Below are positions 1-8,547 of a stretch of 9,294 nucleotides of DNA, piece after piece. This stretch comes from Octopus sinensis. Taxonomy: Eukaryota. The notes under the pieces are model-generated. The model ran no database searches, had not been told where the DNA came from, and saw only the letters and a list, made by a program, of their open reading frames with translations. The stretch is taken from positions 1 through 9,294 of the forward strand of contig NW_021827352.1 of assembly GCF_006345805.1 (NCBI RefSeq), in the 5' to 3' direction. Each line of letters starts with the position of its first letter. Positions within the stretch are counted from its first letter, which is position 1. The position numbers and the translations under genes are program-made.

Positions 1-78
1 TGCTTTCTAATTCATTCATTAATTCACATAAACACTCGCCTTTTGCAATATATTTTTTCATTCATTCCTAATCTTAAC

Positions 79-116
<38 letters not shown>
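79..116. repeat. (CT)n microsatellite
   Basis: Near-perfect CT dinucleotide run read directly. Confidence 0.95.
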
Positions 117-120
<4 letters not shown>

Positions 121-177
121 ATCGATCAATCGATCTTGTAACGTATCTCAATTATTTTATTCTTTCCGTTTCCTCTA

Positions 178-181
<4 letters not shown>

Positions 182-229
<48 letters not shown>
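182..229. repeat. (CA)24 microsatellite
   Basis: Perfect CA run, 48 bp. Confidence 0.97.
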
Positions 230-231
<2 letters not shown>

Positions 232-291
232 CATTCTCTTTCTAAAATAATGTTTTTTTTTTATTTTCTAGATGTTAAAAAAGCGAGATAT

Positions 292-380
292 GGGTCGGTC
301 GGTCGGTCGGGAGGGAGGGAGGGATGGAGGGATGGAGGGGGTGGGGGAGAAGGGTTGCTTGAGAGACGGGGGGGGGGGCG
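292..380 (+). repeat. G-rich compound repeat (GGTC)n-(GGGA)4-G runs
   Basis: GGTC units, GGG runs at 309, 313, 317 and 321, further G runs at 329-347 and G11 at 368-378. Confidence 0.85.
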
Positions 381-709
381 GAGAGCGTTGATGTGAGAGG
401 AGCAGCAGCGTCAGGTACGACTTACTAAAAAAAAGACCGAGAGAAAGAAAGGTGGTTGTTGTGATAGGTGGTAGGAGGAAGAGCCTGGATGTGTAGTGTG
501 AGTTAAGTAAAACGTTTTTTTTTTTGCTTTTTAAAAAGGTCATGGAGAATTTCTCTCTCTCAGGTGTGAGTGTGTGTGTGTGTGTGAATGTGGGTGACTA
601 GTAAAAGAAACTATGGAGAAGAAAAAAAACCTTACAAAGAACTTATTTAACAACTTCCTCTTTGAGCTTTTTTTGTCTTTATGATGAGATGTTACACCCT
701 GAAATTATC

Positions 710-829
710 GTGTGTGTGTGTGTATGTGTATGTATGTATGTATGTATATATATATATACGTGCTTACATATAGACATACATTGCTACATGCATACATAAT
801 ATGAACATACAAATAAATATACATGCATT

Positions 830-876
<47 letters not shown>

Positions 877-940
877 AAAATTAAGGGTAGAAATTGATAT
901 ATATATATATTATATATATTATATATATATATATATATAC
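710..940. repeat. Compound (TG)n/(TATG)n/(TA)n microsatellites
   Basis: TG, TATG and TA run at 710-758; interrupted TA runs at about 829-938. Confidence 0.9.
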
Positions 941-1045
941 ACAATACACAGACATACATAATTACATATGTATCAACATTCATACAAACATGCATATATA
1001 TACACACATACCTACCTACATACATACATACATACGTATTCGTAA

Positions 1046-1512
<467 letters not shown>

Positions 1513-1612
1513 CACACACACAGACAGGTAGGCAGTGTGAAAAAGATAAGTGTATGTGTGTATGTATGCATGCATATACACATATGCTTGTACATATATA
1601 CATGCATTCATA

Positions 1613-1701
1613 CGAGAGCGAGCGAGAAAGAGGCAGAGAGATAGAGAGGAAGATAGAAAGAAGCAGAGGTAGGGAGAGAGAAAAAGGGAGATAAAGAGAG
1701 A
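1613..1701 (+). repeat. Degenerate GA-rich polypurine tract
   Basis: Almost purine-only stretch (gagagcgagcgagaaagaggcagagag...). Confidence 0.75.
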
Positions 1702-1917
1702 TACTTTCCGCCCCCCCCCCTTACCCTTTTGAAAAGGAAAAAAAAACAACAATAAAACCTGTTAAAATTGGGTCAGCATCTCTCTTCTGTGAAGAGGGGC
1801 TGCAACTTAAAAATAACAGGAAAATACATACACATACACATACATGTGTCTGCAATTAGACAGTCATAGAGAGGTGTACCCTTACTGAGGAACATACATT
1901 AAATAGGGAGTACGTAC

Positions 1918-2190
1918 GTGCATACATACATACACGAAGCCATCCACATGTATACATACGCACCCACAAATATACACATGCATACACAACAAACCCCCCA
2001 CCCCACAACACACATATACACAGGCTTATATAAGTGTGCACGCGCGCGCGCACACACAAAAACTTACGCACACGCATTCTGCGCGCACGCGTGTTTACAT
2101 ACCTAGTAATGTATGTATGTATGTATGTATATATGTGTATATAAATATATCACACACACTCAGACACACACACGCGCGCGCCCGCGCATG
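1918..2190. repeat. Degenerate (CA)/(CATA)/(TATG)/(CG) alternating purine-pyrimidine repeat
   Basis: Mixed CA, CATA and TATG runs plus three CG-alternating tracts. Confidence 0.8.
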
Positions 2191-2396
2191 CAAACATGTA
2201 TAATGTATGAAGTCTGATGACATAACAGTTGTTTCTAAAAAAAAAAACTTCCGGGGGGGGGGGGGAAAGCGCAACGAAAATAACTTGGGAAAATAAGTCA
2301 CAAACAGCAAATATTTGGGTGAAATTCCTTGGTTTTTATTTCCAAAACATAGAGCTTATATAAGACCTGTCTGTCTGGCTGTCTTTCTGTATAGCT

Positions 2397-3412
2397 GTAT
2401 GTATGCATTGTACGTATGCATTTATGTATGTATGTATGTATGTATGTAGGTATGTTTGTATGTATGTTTGTATGTATGTATGTATGTAGGTATGTATGTA
2501 TGTATGTATGTGTGTATGTATGTATGTATGTATGTATGTAGGTCTGTTTGTATGTATGTATGTATGTATGTATGTATGTATGTATGTATGCATGCATGCA
2601 TGCATGCATGCATGTATGTGTGTGTATGTGTATGTATGTATGTATGCATGTATGTAGGTATGTTTTGTTTATGTATGTATGTATGAGTGTTCGTATGTAT
2701 GTTTGTATGTTGGTATGTATGTTTGTATGTATGTAGGTATGTTTGTTTGTATGTATGTATGTATACATTTATGTATGTATGTAGGTATGTTTGTATGTAT
2801 GTTTGTTTGTTTGTTTGTTTGTATGTATTATGTATGTTGTATGTATGTATGTATGTAGTATGTATGCATGCATGCATGCATGTATGTGTGTGTATGTATG
2901 TATGTATGTATGTATGTATGTATGCATGTATGTATGTGTGTGTGTGTATGTATGTATGTATGTATGTATGAGTGTTCGTATGTATGTTGTATGTTGGTAT
3001 GTGATGTTTGTATGTATGTAGTATGTTTGTTTGTATGTATGTATGTATACATTTATGTATGTATGTAGGTATGTTTGTATGTATGTTTGTTTGTTTGTTT
3101 GTTTGTATGTATTATGTATGTTGTATGTATGTATGTATGTAGTATGTATGCATGCATGCATGCATGTATGTGTGTGTATGTATGTATGTATGTATGTATG
3201 TATGTATGCATGTATGTATGTGTGTGTGTGTATGTATGTATGTATGTATGTATGAGTGTTCGTATGTATGTTTGTATGTTGGTATGTATGTTTGTATGTA
3301 TGTAGGTATGTTTGTTTGTATGTATGTATGTATACATTTATGTATGTATGTAGGTATGTTTGTATGTATGTTGATGTTTGTATGTATGTATGTATGTATG
3401 TTTGTATGTATG
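2397..3412 (+). repeat. ~1-kb (TATG)n array with an internal ~284-bp higher-order repeat
   Basis: TATG backbone. Marker gagtgttcg recurs at 2685/2970/3254 and atacatttatg at 2763/3047/3332. Confidence 0.95.
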
Positions 3413-3492
3413 CACAAACTTTTGCTTATATTTTGCCATACATTATTTCCAAAACACTGAACACATAAAGTCCGTCTATGTTTAGCTGTCAG

Positions 3493-3567
<75 letters not shown>

Positions 3568-3615
3568 GTGTTGCCTATGTATGTATGTATCTATCTATCT
3601 GTGTATGTCTGTCTG

Positions 3616-3692
<77 letters not shown>

Positions 3693-3769
3693 GTGTCTGC
3701 CTATGTATGTATGTATCTATCTATCTGTGTATGTCTGTCTGTCTATCTATCTATCTATCTATCTATCTA

Positions 3770-3803
<34 letters not shown>

Positions 3804-3867
3804 GTGTCTGCTATGTATGTATGTATCTATCTATCTGTGTATGTCTGTCTGTCTATCTATCTATCTA

Positions 3868-3913
<46 letters not shown>

Positions 3914-3932
3914 ACTAACTATCTATCTGTCT
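3493..3932 (+). repeat. (TCTA)n array with three copies of a ~55-bp cassette
   Basis: Cassette ctgtgt(c)tgc(c)tatgtatgtatgtatctatctatctgtgtatgtctgtctgtc at 3566, 3691 and 3802. Confidence 0.95.
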
Positions 3933-4271
3933 GTATATATGCATATACACACTGACACACATTCACATATACGTACACACACATGCATATACTTTTTTTT
4001 TTTTACTCCCAAAGCAGTGAACTTATATAAAAGTTATATAAATGTTTGAAATAACACATCGTGTCAAAATTGGAGTTTTCTGATTTGCCTTTTAATCTAC
4101 TCTCTCCTCCCCACCATCTCGCAAATGTTTTGTGAATTTAAGCTATGAGAAATATTTTTGTTTCACACATTCAACAGTGGACAAAAAACAGTTGTTGCTG
4201 TGGAATTTTAGAATGAAAGGCAGTCCTTTACTTTAAAACATTAGTTTTATTTCTGTGATATAGTTTAATTT

Positions 4272-5031
4272 TATATGGACCCAACCAGAGCCCTTATAAG
4301 ATATCGTAGGGCCCACGCTAGATAAATAATGAGTTGGGGATCCACTAGTATTTTAAGGGTCCGTGAAAAGTTCTGATTTAAATGTGTTAATTGCAAGAAA
4401 CAGCTGGGTGTCTTTCTGTAATCTTTTACATAGTTCAACCGATACAAGTTAACGTTTGAATAACAAAATAGGGGCGATCTTTCGTCTCTAGTAGACCTTT
4501 CCGTCGATTTCCGTAAAAAAAAATTTTTTTTTTTTACATATGGGCTTGCGGGAACTTTTGAAGTGATATACATACATATACACATACACCGAGTAAAAAA
4601 TTTCAGTTATCTCTTTCTTTCACACATTACTCTGTCTCTTCACACACACTAACAGAAGCACTTCACTTGCACAACATACTTTCTGTCTGCCACACCCCAT
4701 CAAACACAACACACACACACACACATGTACATCAATGCTTCCCCTGGACGGTAACTTCAAAAGAACTTCCCTCGTCATACAATCGCTTTTTCTTAGTCTC
4801 TTTCGCTCTCATTACTTCAAAAGTACCCGCAAGCCCATATGTAAAAGAAAAAAAATCTTTTTACGGAAATCGACGGAAAGGTCTACTAGAGACGAAAGGT
4901 TGCCAAAATAGGAATTTTGAAAATTTCTTTAAAATTGGTTTTTAAATATCGAATGGCTATGGGTGTGCATCAAAACAAAATTGTAAACAAAGGGGTCCAT
5001 AGACAAAAAAAAAAATGGTTCAGAACCACTG
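4272..5031 (-). mobile_element. Non-autonomous hAT-like element, one end truncated, interrupted by MITE M1
   Basis: 5017-5031 reads CAGTGGTTCTGAACC on the minus strand, matching the CAGTGGTTCTCAACC terminus typical of hAT MITEs (recalled). GGACCC-type subterminal motifs occur near 4277, 4358 and 4992. The second terminus was not found. Confidence 0.55.
4473..4904 (-). mobile_element. MITE M1: 432 bp, ~91-bp TIRs, perfect 8-bp TSD AAAATAGG; Merlin-like
   Basis: TIRs at 4473-4564 and 4814-4904. aaaatagg lies at 4465-4472 and 4905-4912. Termini GGCGA/GGCAA fit the Merlin GGNRM motif and its 8-9-bp TSD. The MITE call is secure; the superfamily is inferred. Confidence 0.85.
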
Positions 5032-5155
5032 CTTCTGTTTATTGTCTTTGGTTATCTCTTTTCCTTTTCTATTTCGCTTCTGTTAAACGAATTTGCTTTT
5101 CATCGCTTTAACTTTTTGTCTGTTTTATGCGATTCCACCCCGAAGTAAATATACG

Positions 5156-5297
5156 CACACACACACACACACACACACACTAGTAAATAAACACGAACGT
5201 ACGTGTGTGTGTGAATGTATGAGTGTTCGTATGTATGTATGTATTTATGTATGTACGTATGTGTGTATGTATGTATGTACGTATGTATGTATGTATG

Positions 5298-5330
<33 letters not shown>

Positions 5331-5646
5331 GTATGTATGTATGTATGTATGTATGTATGTATGTATGTATGTATGTGTGTGTATGTATGTATGCATGTAT
5401 GTATGTGTGAATGTATGTATGTATGTATTTCTGTATGTATGTATGTATGTATGTATGTATGTATGTATGTATGTATGTATGTATGAATGTATGTATTTAT
5501 GTATGAATGTATGTATTTATGTATGTAGGTATGTATGTATGTATGTATATATATATGTATGTATGTATGTATGTTGTATGCATGTATGTATGTATTTATG
5601 TATGTAGGTATGTATGTATGTATATATATATATGTATGTATGTATA

Positions 5647-5682
<36 letters not shown>

Positions 5683-5840
5683 TGTATGTATGTATGTATG
5701 TATGTTTGTATGTATGCATCTATGTATGTATGTATGTATGTATGTATGTATGTATGTATGTTTGTATGTATGCATCTATGTATGTATGTATGTATGTATG
5801 TATGTATGTATGTATGTATGTATGTATGTATGTATGTATG
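5156..5840 (+). repeat. (CA)n followed by a ~630-bp (TATG)n array
   Basis: CA run at 5156-5180, TATG array at about 5211-5839 with local ~57-bp and ~80-bp duplications. Confidence 0.95.
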
Positions 5841-6233
5841 TGTGAGTGCGTGCGTGTGAAAGCAAACAATTAGACCATTTCAAGATAGGGAAAGAAAACT
5901 ATAACGGATCCCCAACATTACGTAACAAAACTTTTTTACTTTTCTCGAAAGCAAAACTGATGTTGTAAGCTCAACGATCGACATGTATTATTTGAAGATT
6001 ACACAGCATTTTCCAATCTAACTTATATCAGAAACATATTTATCACTTTTAAGTGCTTAACTTTCGTTTTTCTCTGTAAATTATTTTATAACATTCGTAA
6101 ATTTAATTACAAAAAAAATGCTTCTTTTTTTTTTTAATCAGTCGATATCATATAACAACGATACATTTTTGCTTATATTTAGCCATAATTATAATGTTAT
6201 GAAATATTTGAAAGCTAAAGAATCTTTTTTGGG

Positions 6234-6496
6234 GGCAATCTTTCGTCTCTAGTAGACCTTTCCGTCGATTTCCGTAAAAAATTTTTTTTTTTTTACATAT
6301 GGGCTTGCGGGAACTTTTGAAGTAATGAGAGCGAAAGAGACTAAGAGAAAGCGATTGTATGACGAGGGAAGTTCTTTTGAAGTTACCGTGCATGGGAAGC
6401 ATTGATGTACATGTGTGTGTGTGTTTGATGGGGTGTGGGAGACAGACAGTATGTTGTGTAATCGACGGAAAGGTCTACTAGAGACGAAAGATCGCC
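6234..6496 (+). mobile_element. MITE M2: internally deleted M1-family copy in opposite orientation
   Basis: 6234-6458 is the reverse complement of 4670-4904. The right TIR retains only the outer 37 bp (6460-6496). Flanks tttttggg/tttttatg match 6/8. Confidence 0.85.
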
Positions 6497-6522
6497 TTTT
6501 TATGAATTTTTTTAGATGCTTT

Positions 6523-6778
6523 CACGATCTTTCGGAGAAAGTCTACCAAAAAGTATCTGTTCGGCAATTTCCGTGTGCATGTGTATGTGTGTGTCTGTAT
6601 GCATATTTGTGTGTTAAAACATATGCACAAATGTACATAGATGCGTGAAAACACACACATACACAAAAAATATATAAACAAGAGATTCAGCTGAAAAAAA
6701 TTAAAGAAATAAAAAATGTTTACGGAAATTGCCGAACAAATACTGTCAGTTTTGATAGACTTTATCCGAAAGATCGCC
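6523..6778. mobile_element. MITE M3: related subfamily with 52/57-bp TIRs
   Basis: 6523-6574 and 6722-6778 are inverted repeats. The right end reads GGCGATCTTTCG as in M1/M2, and the left terminal GG has decayed to CA. Flanks gatgcttt/gatgttct match 6/8. Confidence 0.75.
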
Positions 6779-6896
6779 GATGTTCTTTTTTTATTTGTCT
6801 GAATTTAAATAGTATTAATTTAATTTATATCTATAAAAAAAGAAGTGTATTTGCGTGTCGGGGGTCCCTCTTTCACTTCAAGGGCGTACAATGAAC

Positions 6897-6915
6897 ATTA
6901 TTATTATTATTATTA

Positions 6916-6949
<34 letters not shown>
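6897..6949. repeat. (ATT)n microsatellite
   Basis: About 17 ATT units with one ATC. It is the source of the poly-I/poly-Y pseudo-ORFs. Confidence 0.95.
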
Positions 6950-7282
6950 CTGCATTTCAATTGTTTTACGGGTTGGATTAGGGGTGGGGGGAAGGGTTAT
7001 CTTTGTTTTCTTCACAAATGTAAATAAACCCAATCTGTTTCTTAACGAGGGACCATTCATACGGCACGAAAATGTTTTTGCCTCAATACACGTCATTGAT
7101 GGGTTGACATTGCAGAAATTGAAGAAAAAAAAACAACAAATATCTTACAAACTATAGAATTTTCTCAATAAATCCAAGAGAAAAAGATGTTTTATGAACA
7201 CATTCTACCAGTATACGAAGTTTAAAAGTGTTTAGTTACCTAGAAATTATATTAAAAACTACCGTTCAAACCGAAAAGATCC
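6950..7282. mobile_element. Probable MITE fragment with a single terminus (GGATCTTTTCGGTTTGAACGG on the minus strand)
   Basis: Complex sequence bounded by two ATT arrays. It resembles, from memory, an abundant octopus interspersed repeat. No partner TIR is present in the window. Confidence 0.45.
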
Positions 7283-7283
7283 A

Positions 7284-7332
<49 letters not shown>
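7284..7332. repeat. (ATT)n microsatellite
   Basis: Perfect ATT run. Confidence 0.95.
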
Positions 7333-7359
7333 GAGAGCAGGTAGATCGATGGAATTCCT

Positions 7360-7550
7360 GACGCCTCAGCAGAATTGTAAACGTAGGAAAAAATTGCTTA
7401 GTGGCAATTTCATCCATCTTTACATTCTGGGTTCAAATTCCGCCGAGGTCGACTCTGCCTTTCATCGTTTTGGGGCCGATAGATTAAGCGCCAGTTGAGT
7501 ACTGGGTTCGATGTAATCGACTCTGCCCCCAAATTTCAGGCCTTGTGCCT
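7360..7550 (+). mobile_element. tRNA-derived SINE (copy 1)
   Basis: Degenerate A box (agcagaattg, 7368) and Pol III B box ggttcaaattcc (7430-7441). The body is homologous to the copy at 7955-8280. Confidence 0.85.
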
Positions 7551-7583
<33 letters not shown>

Positions 7584-7859
7584 TTGAGTGAGAGAGCAGT
7601 GCATGCCATCAAAGTGACAGTGGGGGTAAAATATTCAAAGCCCAGTACACCCATCCGTGACTACCCGTCTGATAAGGGTTCACCGGGCACATGCATCACA
7701 ACCATATGTGTGCGACATGGTGACCTCATATCAAGATAAACAGTGCATGACCTTGCAGGTGGGGCTCAGATAGAATTATGTTAAGTAGCCCATCCCGCTC
7801 AAGAGGTCCCTGAATAAGGCTTGTTTAAGGATGTTGAACGAAACGACCATGTTTCGTTC
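7551..7859 (-). mobile_element. 5'-truncated non-LTR retroposon 3' end with a (TAG)11 tail
   Basis: On the minus strand, complex sequence ends in 11 TAG units (7583-7551). Candidate 6-bp TSD gtgcct at 7545-7550 and 7860-7865. No long ORF; LINE clade not determinable. Confidence 0.6.
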
Positions 7860-7871
7860 GTGCCTTCGTTC

Positions 7872-7935
7872 TAAGTATTGGAATCAATGTAATCGATTAG
7901 TTCCCTCCCTCAAAATTTCAGTTTCTAGAAAGGAT
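7872..7935 (+). mobile_element. Degenerate 3' fragment of the same SINE family
   Basis: aagtattggaatcaatgtaatcgatt...aaaatttcag aligns by eye with gagtactgggttcgatgtaatcgact...aaatttcag at about 7497-7539. Confidence 0.6.
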
Positions 7936-7954
7936 AGGATTAAATTTTGTTAAT

Positions 7955-8280
7955 GGATGGGTTGGCAGAATCGTTGGTGGGCAAGTTAACAGTTTTTCTT
8001 CTGGTTCTTTACGTTCTGAGTTCAAATCTGGCCGAAGTCAACTTTTCTAATCATTCTTTGTGAGTCGATAAAATAAAGTACCAGCACCAGTGTAGCTAGA
8101 GCGTATGCCACCGGTGCGGGCCTTCCGTTTGCCTCCCCCGGACCCCACAAAAAACACATTGCCTGCAGCAGACCCAAAAGTGCCACCCCTACCGCCTCAC
8201 CCTCCCCTCGTTACGCTACTGAGTACCATTTTTGCACCGGGGTCGATGTAATTGACTTGAACCCCGCCATTCAAAATTAC
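7955..8280 (+). mobile_element. tRNA-derived SINE (copy 3), split by an insertion at 8085-8221
   Basis: A box tggcagaatcgttgg (7963-7977) and B box gagttcaaatc (8018-8028). The body resumes after 8229 (ggggtcgatgtaattgact). Confidence 0.8.
8085..8221. mobile_element. 137-bp GC-rich hAT-like MITE
   Basis: TSD agtaccag (8077-8084) / agtaccat (8222-8229), 7/8. Termini caccagtgtagc versus rc(gttacgctactg) = cagtagcgtaac match 8/12 ungapped. CA.. termini with an 8-bp TSD fit hAT. Confidence 0.7.
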
Positions 8281-8547
8281 ACAAATAATCTTCGGCCAAG
8301 ATTATTTCAAAATTTTAGTCAAAATTTCAGGAGTATATAAAACTCGTAAATTTAGCAACAAAAGTGTAAAAAAAAAAAAAAAAAGACACTTTAAACCCTT
8401 TTTAGATAATTTTAGGGAAAAAATTGTTTTAAATTTTCCACATTTTTTAATAATGAAAGGTACAGATAAAAAAAAAATAGTTCCAATGATTTGAATTTCA
8501 TTTTTAAGCAAAAATTCCTTTCATGTCATTTTAATTAAAATTTTCAG

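Noticed and set aside
268-543. 91-aa Pro/Ser/Leu-rich ORF
   Set aside because: Derived from the G-rich repeat read on the minus strand.
551-571. tctctctctcag|gt|gtgagt resembling a recursive splice site or micro-exon
   Set aside because: Arises where a CT run meets a GT run, so chance is likely; no independent support.
2025-2364. Palindrome cttatataag twice, as a TATA-like promoter
   Set aside because: Short and AT-rich, with no downstream gene evidence.
2336-3456. 14-bp direct repeat ttatttccaaaaca (2336 and 3443) as a TSD around TATG array 1
   Set aside because: AT-rich, not flush with any recognisable element ends, and plausibly chance.
2298-3955. Many overlapping YVCM/HTYI/IYLS ORFs on both strands
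   Set aside because: Translations of (TATG)n and (TCTA)n with no domain content.
5093-5873. YVCM/HTYI ORFs up to 179 aa
   Set aside because: Translations of the second (TATG)n array.
4473-6496. Composite 2-kb transposon using the outer ends of M1 and M2
   Set aside because: Outer flanks aaaatagg and tttttatg do not match, and M1 has its own perfect TSD.
4271-6681. Short ORFs sharing peptides such as ITSKVPASPYVK and GNRRKGLLETK
   Set aside because: The shared peptides reflect repeated MITE TIRs, not a gene family or a transposase.
4473-6778. CRISPR-like recurrence of a ~37-bp motif
   Set aside because: Copies are inverted, irregularly spaced and have TSDs, so they are transposon ends in a eukaryotic context.
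7360-7445. tRNA gene
   Set aside because: A/B boxes are present but I could not form a cloverleaf, and the sequence continues into a SINE body.
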